From Octopus vulgaris (taxonomy: Eukaryota): a DNA stretch of 64,000 bases. Positions 1 through 13,431 of the stretch are shown piece by piece. A program made the position numbers and the translations under genes. Within the stretch, counting starts at the first letter, position 1. Every line of letters starts with the position of its first letter. Below the pieces are notes generated by a model. The model worked only from the letters and a program-made list of their open reading frames with translations, ran no database searches and was not told where the DNA came from. The stretch covers positions 79,050,001-79,114,000 of the forward strand of contig OX597815.1 in NCBI GenBank assembly GCA_951406725.2. The letters are read 5' to 3'.

Positions 1-1619
1 ATGAGAAACCAGAGAGAAAACACTTGAACTTAAACCAATGTGGGCACAATGGAGTGAGAATGGGGAAAGTGGGGGATAAAGATTAATGTTCTACAATGAT
101 AACAACTTATCAACTGATCAGGGAGAGGTAGTAATTAGACCTCGAATCATCAAATGAGCAAAGAAGGAGACTCTGGGTTAGTGGTTCTCAATGTTTTTGA
201 CTTTGTACTGCAGAAATAAAAAAAATACTGATGCACTTTGCATACAAACTTAGAAAAGGCATATTAACATTAAACCATTAGTACCCATGGTCCATTTTTT
301 AGGACCAGAAGGATAATCCAGCATATTTCTGCAACACCTGTATTTTTCTGAGATATCTTTAGTTAGTCATTCAAGACCAGAACGTCTTTCAAATATCGTA
401 ATAAAAACTTTTTTATACATTTAGTATCAGATATACATTTAGTATCACAATTGTGTCCAATCTCCCAAGTTTTGCTGTAACTGCTATGCCCAGTCCTTCT
501 CCCCCAGAATGTTGTTCCTCTGGAATTTCCTCCCTGCATTCAATGACTTGCAACAATTCAAATGAACTGTTAATAACATTAATCTCATTGAAAAGTTTGC
601 AAAAACTGTGATCACTGTCTCTTCCTCCAGAACAAACTAACAAAAAGAAAGGAAAACAGCAGATAGAAAACAAACACCACCTAACAAAATAACACCAATT
701 TACACAGCACAAACTTTACACAACAAAATAAAACAAAACTGATGGAGAATTTAAACACAATCCTACGTCTCATAAAGGCACTGTTGCACACAATCCAGGA
801 ACATAATAATAATGTTTTGGAGATAGCTACAAGGTCACAAATCTTTGAGGAGGGGCTCGTCAATTAAATTAACTCTGGTGCTTGACTAGTACTTTATTTT
901 ACCAACTCTGGCAAGATGATAAGCAAAGTGAGTCCACACCCAAATGGGATACAAACACAGAACACAAAGTTTAAATACTGCAGAATACCACAAAACATTA
1001 TTGTCTCTAATGGTCTCCCAAAATCTGTCAAATACATTTGTTTTAGTTATTTTGGTAAACTTACAAAATAGTATCTAAGTATAATCTTTCAAAACATTTT
1101 CTTTTATCAGTTAAGATGACAGTTATGGTTATGGTCAAATGGTTAAGAAGTTTGCTTCACAATCACATGGTTCCATTTTGAATCCCAATGTGTGGGACAT
1201 TTTGGCTAAGAATCTTTTTGTCATTCCCTGAGTGTTTAAAAAGCACTCACTTCACTCTTGGAGTGATTGGCATTAGGAAGAACATCAAGCTGTAGAAATC
1301 ATACCAAATCAGATTGGAACATGGTGTAGCTCCCCAGCTCACCAATTTTCAGTCAAACCATCCCAGCATGGAAAACAGTAGTTAAATGATGATGATGAGT
1401 CAAGCCAAGCTTTGAGAGTAAAACTGGGTAGATGGAAATTGCTTGTAAGCCCAATGGATACGCTGGACCTATATCACACTGATTCTCTCAGTAGGTCCAC
1501 TGATACTAAGCTACTTATATATTAATTCAATGAGTACACCAGCCTTATCTTTAAACAACTGAGATATTGATCATGAAAACTGACAGAGATCCAACTATAA
1601 GCACCAGGCAATGACAACC

Positions 1620-1940
1620 AGTACAACTGAGGTATGGTCTCAGGGTCATATTTATAATCCTGAGGGCCACTGGACTGGCTCCTGTGCTGGTGGCACGTAA
1701 AAAACACCATTTGAGCGTGGCCGTTGCCAGTACTGCCTGACTGGCCCCCATGCCAGTGGCACGTAAAAGCACCCACTACACTCTTGGAGTGGTTGGCATT
1801 AGGAAGGGCATCTGGCTGTAGACACTCTGCCAGATCAAGATTGGAGCCTGGTGCAGCCATCTGGTTCGCCAGTCTTCAGTCAAATCGTCCAACCCATGCT
1901 AGCATGGAAAGCGGACGTCAAACGATGATGATGATGATGG
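1620..1940 (+). mobile_element. 3' UTR fragment of an RTE-type LINE (or derived SINE) ending in (GAT)n
   Basis: GGCACGTAAAAAGCACC subrepeats, GGAAGGGCATC..GCTGTAGA block, CCCATGCTAGCATGG palindrome and (GAT)n tail; the same module follows an RTE ORF end at 48990-49760. Confidence 0.75.
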
Positions 1941-2479
1941 GCCTATCCATACTGACCAAAGGCATTGTATTAGAAAGTTGCAGAAGTACTATGTCAGTGA
2001 TTAATTTGCAGATAATGCAATGAAAATTTTGACACCAAATAATAAATGTTTAAGTGAGGTTAACAGTCACTGTGTGTTTCTGAATGGCTAATATGTGTCT
2101 TCCATGCTTGATATTAATGTTCTTCACAAACTATCAAACTCCAATTTTTTTTTTTACTCCTCAATCTTGCATATTACTGCAGCAGTAAAGTTTTATAATT
2201 TGTTTTCTGCTGTAAAAATCTTATACCTCAGCAGTAATTAAAATATGCAGATATGGCAAATCAGGTGACCATAAAAAAAAACAACTGTAAAAGTTATGCT
2301 CTAACATATTTAGTACATAAAGATAACATACGTAGTTTGTTCATTAATGTATATCTCTAGCTTGAATGAAATTCTTTAGAGTTGTGTATTATATCACTGT
2401 AATATAAGATAATAAAATATGGCTCAGATTCCATGTTTTGGCAGGATATACAACAGTTGCTTCACAAGATATATTTGTA

Positions 2480-2690
2480 GAAATAAGTGTTGCTAAAGAG
2501 AACTAACAGAAGTGGTAATAGACATCTGTGATGGACGATGAGTGCGCTGAGTGAGACTGTCAGGTGAGGGTACCACAAGAAAGTATGACAAGATGTTGTG
2601 GCGTAAAATCTCAGGAAGCTGGACTTCACAGATGAGATGACAAAAGATCAAGATGAATGGTGACATAATGTATAGATGGAAAAACAGATA
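2480..2690 (+). pseudogene. highly degenerate RTE LINE C-terminal remnant
   Basis: AGGAAGCTGGACTTCACAGATGAGATGACAAAAGATCAAGATGAATGG translates like the RTLGFTEAMTRDQDLW end of the RTE at 49570-49760. Confidence 0.45.
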
Positions 2691-3838
2691 TTAAAAACAA
2701 CGGTGATTATGACATATATATCTACCTGATTAGATATTTAAATTTCTTAGACAATATTTTTAAGCAAATGATAGTAGAACACACCTGTATAAATTTTACA
2801 TAACAGCCTTAATTATTAATAGTGTAATATTGAGTGTCATATGCAAGTAGTTAATTCGGTTTATTTCTAAATAACAAATGTGTCCATCATTTCATTTGTA
2901 ACTGAACTGGAATGATACAAGTTACTTCCAGAATGACATCAACAGCTTATACATAGTAAAGTTTCAGAATCTAGAAATACTAGGCGTTTGTAAATATTTA
3001 CACATTTATAGTCGATTGAACTGTCTCGTCCTTCTTGGTAAATAATTGTACTGATACCGGAATGGAGAAAGGGAAAGACAACCCCAGCAGTATTTACATC
3101 AAGCAATTGGATCTGCACACATCTATTAATCCAGATTTGAATACATATCTTAATAATTATTGTTCAGTATTTGGATATCAGAAAGAAGGAACTATTACTG
3201 TGTTGTGTCAAGTTATGTATAAATATGTGTATAGGTAAAATTGTACAACACGAGTTCCAATGACTTGTTTTCCTTATTGAATACTAGCAATTTGTTTTTT
3301 TCCCCTACCAAAGAGGACCAGGATGAGAATTAGAACTGAACTATGGTCAAGACTGCCGTGAGATTTAGACTTAAAACTAAAAAGGTGGGAATCTGAATCC
3401 GACAATGCCAGTACATTTCTCCCGAGAGTCAGAAAGTCTTCAAAGTTTAACTGATTGTATAGTACCAAAGTATTACAGTTGTAATGAAATGAAATACGAA
3501 GAAAAGTTTAACTCAGCAAAATGCAAAATAACATAAAGCTTCCTTTCCGACATCACACTAAAAACACTAATAATAATTAATATACATATGAAATAAGATA
3601 AATTTAGGGAAGAAGAAATACAATCTGTAATATTCATGCTCTTCAAGGAAGTTAGTAACGGAATCGGTTCTTCAAAATCTTAACTCAAGCACTTAACAAA
3701 AAATAAATGCAGTACTTCTTGCACATATACCTATCTGAAATTTATAGGAAAATAAATCAAAATCAACTCATAGAATCAGTTTACAGAAAGAAAACTTATT
3801 TATTGCACCCGTTATAACTAAACGAAAAGAACCCGACC

Positions 3839-4256
3839 GGGATCTTTTCGGTTTGAACGGCAGTTTTTTAAAATAATTTCCACGTAGCTAAACACTTTTA
3901 AACTTCGTATACTGGTAGAATGTGTTTATAAAACATCTTTTTCTCTTGGCTTTATTGAGAAAATTCTATAGTCTGTAAGATATTTATTGTTGTTTTTCTT
4001 CAATTTCTGCAATTTCAACCAATCAATGACGTCTATTGAGGTAAAAAAAAAACATTCTGTGCCGTATGAATATGTCCTTCGTTTAAGAAACAGATTGGGT
4101 TTATTTACATTTGTGAAGAAAAAAAGATACCTTTCCCCCCACCCCTAACCCTAAAACAGAGTGAAATGCAATAGATCGATACTAGGGTCATAATTATAGG
4201 TGACAATTTCATATGACACCGCTAGAAAAAACTGCCGTTCAAACCGAAAAGATCCC
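3839..4256. mobile_element. MITE with ~30-bp terminal inverted repeats
   Basis: GGGATCTTTTCGGTTTGAACGGCAGTTTTTT ... AAAAAACTGCCGTTCAAACCGAAAAGATCCC; CCGAC on both flanks (3833-3837, 4257-4261); no ORF. Confidence 0.85.
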
Positions 4257-5011
4257 CCGACGGTCTAGAAGACTAGGTGAAAAGTTACGATGCTTAATGG
4301 CTTTTAGAAAGGTAATCGTAGCAGCGAGAAACTGCAGGTGAAAAAAAAAACTTTTTTTCGATTAGTTATGTAGTATTAACATTTAAAACTAACTTAAGTC
4401 ATTTAGTGTTTTAAAATGCCGCCCCGCAGAAATTGAGATATGACTAGTTACAAGGTTACTGTATTTCAGAAACTTTGTATAAAATTAGCAGAAGTTTTAG
4501 GCAGACGTTAAACAAAGTTTCCGACAAATTAGCCTACACATGACATTGGGAATTGAACGCCAGCCAAAATTTGGATAAGTACTCTGCTTACATCGAGCGA
4601 GGAAATGTAAAGAAAGCAGTTTTAGAGGATAAATAATAAAAAAAAAAAAAGAATATTTTAGCCTCTAATTTATTTTATGCTGAATGAAAGTAACAAACAT
4701 TCATTCTATCGCATTAGATTTCCTGAGAAATGTCAGCTGTTGAAAATGGAATAAATCTCATTTTATTGGACATTATACACACACACACATGGATTGATGA
4801 AAATAATTATGAATACGTAGAGTTTGTGTATTTTACAAGCTGGACTTTCTTGAATATATATTTATTTCATTATCTAACAGTATTTAATTTGGTCTCAACA
4901 ACATAGTTCAATATATATTAAAAACAACTGTATGCATATACATATCTCGTTTGCAGAAAACATAAATCCGAAAAGAGAGGCATTCTTTAAAATGTAGACC
5001 AGTATATGCTC

Positions 5012-5121
5012 AAAATAGGGAAGGCCTGTTTATGTCATTACCTTAGGTTTCCCGTCCATAAAGCTAAACAATTTGTGGACGGGAACCTAAGGTAATACCA
5101 TAAACCGGCCTTACCCATTTT
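5012..5121. repeat. imperfect ~110-bp palindrome (hairpin)
   Basis: aaaatagggaaggcctgtttatgtcattaccttaggtttcccgtccataaa pairs with tttgtggacgggaacctaaggtaataccataaaccggccttacccatttt; ~9-nt loop. Confidence 0.9.
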
Positions 5122-6354
5122 TAATATATATAATACACGTATGTGTATCTACTCTCACACATACACACAGATATATAGGCATTAAGTTTGTTGCTAACAG
5201 GTTCCTGTAAGATATTTCCAGTGACTAACACGTACATATACATTATACATAAACAAAATTTGAAATGTACTAGTAATAAACTAAATTAAGACTATAGTAT
5301 CACAGTTAATAGGTAGCAATCTTTGCTGGTAGAATTAAGATTATACAAATATTTACTCGAAATAGCTAATAGATGTATGTCAAATTCTTCCATTTTTAAA
5401 CAAAACTTGGTGAAATTTGTAAACGAAAAACAAATTTCGTGTCATACACAAAAAAAAAGCTAATAAAAAAAACCAAGGTTCCAAAAATGAACCCACATTA
5501 CAACTCCAGCATCCAGAGTAAACATCTACCCGGAGTTGCATACAATAGTGGGTTACTTTCTAAAAATGTAGATGATGTATATTGAGATATATGAGAAAAT
5601 AATAACAGTACTAATAACACTATGATAGGTAGAATTTTGGCAATCGAATATAGAATATAAAGTCATTGAATTAAAATCGAATTGTGCTACATTGGGAAAA
5701 ATAGCGTTTTAATTTAATGTTTGCAATCCGTCCAAGCGAATGGTAAAATAGTAGCCAAGAATCGAGGATATATATAACATCACAGAGAGAAACATAGAGG
5801 AGTGGGCAAGGATGAGATAATTCTAAGAAAATAGTTTAAAAAGAAAGCATAAAAAAAAAAGGCTGAGGAAAGAGCAAGAATAACAGGAAACGAAGAACAA
5901 TTATGAAAATGTATTTGCAAACAGTAGCAACTTCCAAGGGCTTATTTATAAAACAAGGAAAACAATAACTTTACGATGGGCCCCAGCTTCGCATATTATT
6001 TTTCCTGTACACACACGTTCGACAAGTGATCTTATATACAAAACTAAAGCTTCAAATAAAAACATGCATAAACACTGTACCCCAGTGCAATGAGTACTAT
6101 TTCCTTCCTACTTGTGTGTGTATATATATAAATCGCCTGATCGTAGACCATTCAAAATAACAAGCTATGAAATATTGTAAACAGAGGATATATTATTCAC
6201 AAATACACACATACACAAATATATATATATATATATACACACACATGCACATTTATAAATGATGTGTGTTCATCGAGGGGAAAAGTTGAAATTTCGGGTT
6301 CCAGTTTAGATTTTTATTTTAAAAATCTAAAATCTGCCAGGGATATAATTAAAC

Positions 6355-6520
6355 AATGCTTACTTGAAAGACGATCTGTCAATTACAATAAACCAAACCT
6401 TACTGGGCGGCTATTATATTTCCTTATCTACGAACACACACTGTACTGTGTGTAACATGGCGTCTAGCCGTCACCCGGTGTTGCAGTAAATAATTAGACG
6501 AAATAAAGACTTCCGGAGAT
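6355..6520. promoter_or_regulatory. candidate housekeeping-type promoter / first exon (probably minus strand)
   Basis: Unique CpG-rich patch with YY1-like AACATGGCG (6454-6462) and ETS-like ACTTCCGG (6509-6516); minus-strand donor-like GTAAGG (6403) and GTAAGC (6363). Confidence 0.4.
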
Positions 6521-6964
6521 GAAGATTATTTTACTTGGCTCTTCGTTGTTTTTAATTTAAAATTTTTCTTTTAAGAGATCGATTATATTTAGTGATAGAA
6601 ATTATTTATAGGACAAAGCAGCATAATTATCTAGTTTTTTTTTTGCAACTCATCATACGTATAGACAGTTCCCAATAATCTACTAACTCGTCCTGATCAT
6701 TCATCTAATACACGTAGCTTACAATTTTAACAAACTACGGAATCTAATTGCTACAAAGCAAATGTTTTATTACATGCATAGAATATGTAGCATGCATGAC
6801 TGTTAGCTTTCTGCAGCATTTTAGTTGAGGTTGTCCACCATTAAGCTGTGGCTCATCAGACCAATATAATTTCATCAGTATCCTGCAGGAATATTTTGAA
6901 GATGATATTTATTACTAGTACCAGAATTTTGAGACTTCCTGCACTGACTAATTGCTCATATAAT

Positions 6965-7195
6965 TGTTGCTCTTTAGTTCTGGGCCAAGTTTAATCGAGC
7001 AGACCTATGATCAAAGGTATTTCAGCCGTTGAATCTTAGATTCAACAGACGGAGTGCTTTTTTCAGACAATCTAAGACTACATTATCTAATGTGTTCTTC
7101 CTTTCCAAAGACCGTAGTTGTGTGATTTGAACCAGATTTTACTGCTATTTCTAGCAGCTCGAACTGGAATGCCTTTTGATCATAGGCCTGCTCAG
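6965..7195. repeat. interspersed SINE-like repeat
   Basis: GAGCAGACCTATGATCAAAGG and GCTATTTCTAGCAG motifs recur at ~17860-18050, 21790-21880, 30950-31110 and 34480-34640. Confidence 0.6.
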
Positions 7196-9011
7196 AACTG
7201 CAATGCAAACATCATGTTATTATCTTGAAAAGTATCCTTCATTTGCAGCTTAATGTCATTAGGCATATCTAACTTCTGTCTCAAATTTGGGTCCAAACAT
7301 TGTTCGAACAACAGCAAGATTCCTTTGTAGTACTTTCAGCAATATTGTGTCGTTCATTGTTTTTGGCAATTATTTGAGCAACCAAGTAACTTGCCTCTTG
7401 AGCTTTGTCAGATATCTTTATTCTCTTTGTGAATATTGAAACCTGTTTTTTTTGTTTTGTTTTTTTTTAGACATTTTGCAAGTTCGGTGAAGTATTCCAC
7501 TGGTTTTATAGAGAAACTAGCAGTATCGCCCGGCGTTGCTCGGGTTTGTAAGGGAAATAACTATATAAGCATTTTTAGAGAGTTACTTCCCTTATAGATG
7601 CCAATTCGGGCTTTCTTAGCCATTTCTGTTTTGGTGTCTTCAAGCCATGAAGTCGTTGTTCTAAAAGAACGCTGGTCTCCTTGACAACGCTTTACGACGT
7701 TGATTTCCTTACACTCCCTTCCCCACAGCTTCACGAGGGAGGGAAGAAGGGGGAGAAGCAAACAGGTGCAGGTGTGACCATGGACGCCAACTCCGCCGCC
7801 ATCGACACACGAAAAATTATGCATTAAAATGGAATAAAAAATTATGTTAAATTATTTTTAAAATCGTAGACTCATCGTAGTCGCGCGCTAATACCCAGAA
7901 GGGCTCGATATGAATCACGACTATAAGATACCCGGTTTTAGTTAAACTGCACCGCAAAATGTGGGAGTAGTTAGGAATCTAAATCGAAGGGGACAGACAC
8001 TCACACAACTACAGTTTTATATATATAGATTTCCGTGCCTAGTGTTGAAATGACGCTGTAATTTGTTTGGTACCATACTTTCGCTTGCAAGTATATACCC
8101 ACAAACTAAACGCAGGAGACTAGCGTTATTTTCATTTCCAGAAAATGTGAAGCTCAGTTTTATATAATCTTTGTTATATAAACGGGATTTAAAAAATTTC
8201 CCTGTGCCCTTCTCACTCACTGATGCAGGTCGTTCAACAGTTGTTTGAGTCGTTTCCTTCGTAGCTGTTAAGTTTTGTTCATTAGAAATGCCATCTTCTG
8301 CAACTTTTCTTTTCTTAATTAAAAACTTATCCATTTTATGGGTAATTTAATTACAATTTATGAATAAGACCAAGCTGTTTTATTATAAAGTTATGATAAC
8401 TAAACATGTAATTAATATCACCAGCACTAAGAGCGGTAAAATTAGAAATGGCACGTTGCGCTTAATTAGAACACTCAGTTCCTAAGGCTAAGCCCACGCG
8501 ACTGACGAACAAGGGGCAAGTGTGACATGAATTTAATGTGATTTCATAATTATTAGTTCACCCTCAGTAATGCGTAATACCAGTATAGGTGAGCGATAAC
8601 TTTAGGTAATTTGAAAGCAGTTCCAGTGTGTTTCGCTCACTAAAACAGGTGCGTATCTGAAAATTTTAATCGATTTTCCATTTACTCCAAACAAGAGAAT
8701 AGCTCTTGCAATATGTTAATTCTTTTACACTAAATAAGATACAATGAAAATGAGCTTTATATAATGAAAATTATTGTGTCTTTTTCTCTTTTTTTAATCT
8801 CGCCTCCAAACATTAAGTGGGAAACGATAGCCGGAAGGTACGTGCATTGACGAGTTCACTTTGCTAAAAAGAAAAAAAAACCCAGATTCTGAAAAACTGA
8901 AACAAATTGGTATTGGGTATTTTATATATTGGTTTCCCGTACGTAGGCAATACACCTACACCCTGCTGGCGGCACAATAATGTGCCGCGACACACAGTTT
9001 GGAAAACACTG
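7195..9011 (-). mobile_element. hAT (Buster/Charlie-like) transposon 5' part with transposase pseudogene, interrupted by a Helitron
   Basis: Terminus CAGTGTTTTCCAAAC at 9011 with nnnTAnnn flank (ccgtaaga); ORF from 8334 with degenerate BED-like YIKLSFT..LVCGYILASESMVPNKLQRHFNTRH; resumes after 7516 as KPVEYF..KAQEASYLVAQIIAK..HNIAE..MFALQ, with frameshifts. Confidence 0.85.
7517..8029 (-). mobile_element. non-autonomous Helitron
   Basis: Minus strand reads A|TC...CCCGAGCAACGCCGGG (hairpin)...CTAG|T; no TSD; near-identical copy at 15351-15864. Confidence 0.9.
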
Positions 9012-9076
9012 CCGTAAGACATGCTGTAATTTCGTTTGCTTCTGCTTTCAACCTTCAACCTACTCAATACCCATCA

Positions 9077-9420
9077 ACCCTCAAAAACTACTTTTTGTTG
9101 TACGGTGCTTATGTATTCGCATTGTTCTGCACATGTGTCACTATAACCAAGTCAGATTACGCTAGTGTGGATCTAGTTGTATGTAATATAAATTACAAAC
9201 CTAGCAATTTTATCGATTTATCATTATTTTTACGGATCCAGCTGTACATTTGAAAACCCAATGTCTATAGATCGGTCAGTACTGGGTGAATCTAACCATT
9301 CGAAGTTCTTACACTAACCCCCTGGATCTTCCTTCCTTTACATGGTTTTCTTGCGGTTGTCCAATTTACGACTGTAGAAGAAAAAAAATAACCGCATCAA
9401 TCTGTCCGGTTTTTGAGGGT
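9077..9420. mobile_element. possible degenerate MITE
   Basis: 12-bp inverted ends ACCCTCAAAAAC / GTTTTTGAGGGT; no clear TSD. Confidence 0.35.
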
Positions 9421-10955
9421 ATACGAAGGTTCAGTGACGTTACTAGAGTGTGTGCCACCCGGGGCAGCTCTTGAGTTTGCTACCCACACCGGGACACAAA
9501 TTAATACAGGCTTATACAGCAGACCCAAAAGTACCGACTCTATAAAATGTAGTCCAGAATGGACCTCTCCCACTCTAGTCACGCAACTACGAAGGCTATG
9601 AAGAAAGAAACCAATAATTGCATCAAAATAAAGAATACACGTATATACGTCGATGTACTGCCTAGTTTCATAAGTTGTGTGCTGTTTTTGCCAACGTGGA
9701 CTTATCCCCTTTCCAGAAGTTAGACATTTTGTGTCTTTATATTCAGACCACTCCTTATAGCTTCTTAATTTTTTACACTCCCATCCACTATTTACTCATT
9801 TCATTTCTCTACCAGTTCGCCCGATCATTTCTTTTCTACGCCCACTTTGTTTGAATGGGCTTTGCATTCCCACTCCTGACTCTCCCACCTCACTTGACAT
9901 GAAACTCACCACCCCGCTTTCATTTCAGCTGAAATGGATATTGTTACAAATGTCACCTCACCCTATTCTTCTTTCACTCTTTACTTTTTTACTGATCGTA
10001 CACATACAGGAGTATTTCCACCACCATTTCTGGTTTTCCCTCACTCTCTCCTAACACCAACCCCTTTACAGCATTCTTTTACTTTATTCAATTTTTCACT
10101 CGCAATCTGGTGACCAAAGTAGCAGTGGTCTTAAGGCATGGTACACAGGCCAATTGCTCGGCGGCCTCACGAGCTTTGGTACCAATTCTGATTTATGTAT
10201 GCTGTGGATTGCTATTAATGAAAGAATTTAGGGTCCGGTGCATTGATTTGTCCGGGGCCTGTAATACTTTTCAGACCGCTTTGCAAGGCAGGAAAAAGTT
10301 TTACACATTGTCTCTCACTGAATACCGAAACATTAGATTCTTTGCCTCCTTAAAGCAAATCAACATCCCAAACCCTTCTACGAACTCTTCTCTTTCATAT
10401 ACAACAACACATCAAGGATCTCCAACTTCCAATTTGGAAAACTACAACCACAAGACTGTACAAGATTTCAAAAATTTCCTACTTCAAAGGCTGTAAGCGT
10501 TGCTGCATGCACGTCCGTCTCTGGTCTGTTGCTTTCTGTTCCCTCTGTCTCAGCCATAAGAGCTGATCTTCTGTTAAATAAACAGACTTAAATATTTGTA
10601 ATACCTAATTTTTCGTATATTTTCGCACAATTATTGTCCTGTTTTCCACACCATTTCTAGGCACATTAAAATTAGCAATCCTATTGATAACATGATAAAA
10701 TTGCCTTGATCTTCAGTCAACAGCTGACTAGAAGGAATGGTTTGTCCATAATTAATTTTACTCCAGTTTGATCGTTACACCGCACATTCATTTTGTCCGT
10801 GTGTGTCCGTGTGTGTGTGTGTGTGTGTGTGTATTCGCAGGTATGTATGTATTATATGCATGCATGTAGTGAAAACAAGACTGAAGAGTTCGTTTCAAAA
10901 TTATTCATTCATAGCATCCCTACATGTTTTTCGGTGATGAATGAAGGCCGAATTA

Positions 10956-11475
10956 CTGTAAATCCTCGAGTATAATCCACATTTTTTCCCAAAATTTAAA
11001 GGTAAAAATCCCTAGTGCGTACTATATACGATGTTAAAAATGAAAAATATTTTCTAAGCAATGTCCGAGTTTCTATTTGCTGTCCGGCAATGTTTATTCA
11101 GACGCAATTTGTGATGTCGGGCGCGAAAATACATTAAGCTAAACCTAAAAGCAATGAATTCATAAAAGAATCATCCATAACTTGCAGTAAACAACATTTA
11201 TTAAATAAAAGTATTCAGAACACAGAATAACATGTAACAAAAACAATTTGCAAACATATTTACATTCCCATATAATAGTTAAGAACATCACCATTATTGT
11301 ATTACGCATGCGCGGAAGTATTTGTTCGACTAGGTACTGCTGGCTTAATTATGCACGACTCAAGTTAGAGAAGGGATGCGTATTATACACAAGGTTTAGG
11401 TTTTTCAGAAGTACAGCCCCCTAAAAATCCCCTGCGTATTATACTCAAGGGCGGACCATACTCGAGGATTTACAG
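10956..11475. mobile_element. pogo/Tigger-like MITE with TA TSD
   Basis: TA|CTGTAAATCCTCGAGTAT...ATACTCGAGGATTTACAG|TA; second copy in reverse orientation at 63509-64000. Confidence 0.85.
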
Positions 11476-11832
11476 TACCTAAACCCGGCCTAATGTAATT
11501 ATTATATCATCAGAATTATTTCAGAATGGGCTGCTTGTTGTTGTTGTTGTGGGGGATGCATGTGTGTAAAACGATATACACTTATATATTTATACATATG
11601 TGTACATCTAAATGTGTCTACTCGTACATACACATACACATGTACATATGTGTATGCATAACTCACAAGCAATTATGATCCATTCACATATACGCAGACA
11701 CATCTGTACCTATAAACATATGTATATCTATAGATAAAAGTCTTTATACACATACTAAAGTATACATCCATATATACACAAACGCGTACATATATGCATA
11801 TACATACACATACCTCATAAATACATGCATAC

Positions 11833-11864
<32 letters not shown>

Positions 11865-11913
11865 ATCATATATGTATATATATATAGATAGATAGATATA
11901 CATATATATATGT

Positions 11914-12391
11914 AGTTGTTGTTGTTGTTGTTGTGACCCCATTCGGTCAGGAATGACCATGGGGTTACACCTAGAAGGTTACCCTCCGAGGCACAAGTCT
12001 GGGCAAGGCTGCTTATGGAAGACCAGCAGTCGCCTACGCATACCAGCCTCCCCTCTCCACGCCACCATGTTATCCAAGGGAAAGGCAAAGGCCGATACAG
12101 CTTGGCACCAGTGACGTCGCAGCTCATTTATTAACGTAGTTCTCGGGGAGATTCAGCATGACACAGAGTGTGACAAGGCTGGCCCTTTGAAATACAGGTA
12201 CAACAGAAACAGGAGGAAAGAGCGAGAGAAAGTTGTGGTTAAAGAGTACAGCAGGGTTCACCACCAACCCCTGCCGGAGTCTCGTAGAGCTTTAGGAGTT
12301 TTCGCTCAATAAACACTCACAATGCCCGGTCTGGGAATCGAAACTGCGATCCTACGACCGCGAGTCCGCTGCCCTAACCATTGCGCCTCCA
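11914..12391 (-). mobile_element. tRNA(Arg)-related SINE head joined to a tail ending in (CAA)n
   Basis: Minus strand GGAGGCGCAATGGTTAGGGCAGCGGACTCGCGGTC (TCG anticodon-like) with box-B-like GTTTCGATTCCC; (CAA)n tail at 11914-11934. Confidence 0.75.
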
Positions 12392-12393
12392 CG

Positions 12394-12443
<50 letters not shown>

Positions 12444-12605
12444 CATACTGTTATCAGTTTGAAAATATAGCCACATATACTATTTATTTGTTATTTTGTA
12501 CTTTACTTAATTATAGGTATATGTTTTATCGTATATTTAATTTTTTTCTATATATTATGATTTAATTATATAATTGTTGAATTGCTACATGGTGGTTCTT
12601 CTCTA

Positions 12606-12717
<112 letters not shown>

Positions 12718-13431
12718 GCAAATAAAACGAGGAAGATAATAAGACAGGGGAGACATGGAAACAGAAAATACATGAAGTAAAGCATGCAAACAAGTACCGG
12801 AAACAGTGTAGAAATACGATATGAAACGACAACAATGGAAGCATGTGTACAATGAAAATAATTATGTCAATGGCAGAAAACTAAGATGGTACAACCTATA
12901 TCACAGATAGAAAGAAAAAAAAACCATTCCGAATTTTTAACCTCTGTTTACATGGCAGGTATAGAGCAAAAAAAATGCAGTTGGGTGAGGGATAGCAGGA
13001 CCGAAAATAAAGATACAGTAGTGAAAGTGAGTCAAAAGAAAATGAAGGATGGGATGAGAGCGAGAAATATAATAAATGGGGAGAAGGGGAGAAGAAGCGG
13101 GAAAGAGAGGTGTGAACGGGAGAGCACGAGCGAGGGAGAGAAAGTGAAAGAGAAAGTAAAGAAACTCAAAATATTGGTGTGCATATGTGTGCGTGCGCAT
13201 TACGAAGGGTAAGTACAATGTGCAATGTTATCACGTGTAAATGTTAAATAGCATCTGATACGTAACGAGAGACATAAAATTTGTGTATGCGTACGTACAA
13301 CAACTCTTCTTGAATAAAATACATACACCAATGAATGCAAATACATACACCCACATGTGTATACTTACATATACACATGCACAAGGACACACGCACACAT
13401 AAAGGCGCGCGCGCGTACACACACACACGTA

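Noticed and set aside
413-712. 99-aa minus ORF with an acceptor-like site at ~638
   Set aside because: No recognisable protein and no good donor; TIVILNVY may be a decayed LINE endonuclease motif.
12320-12391. tRNA gene
   Set aside because: SINE head with a deleted D-arm segment and no acceptor stem; it continues into the SINE body.
12886-13212. Lys/Glu-rich 108-aa ORF
   Set aside because: Low-complexity purine-rich DNA with no splice or domain support.
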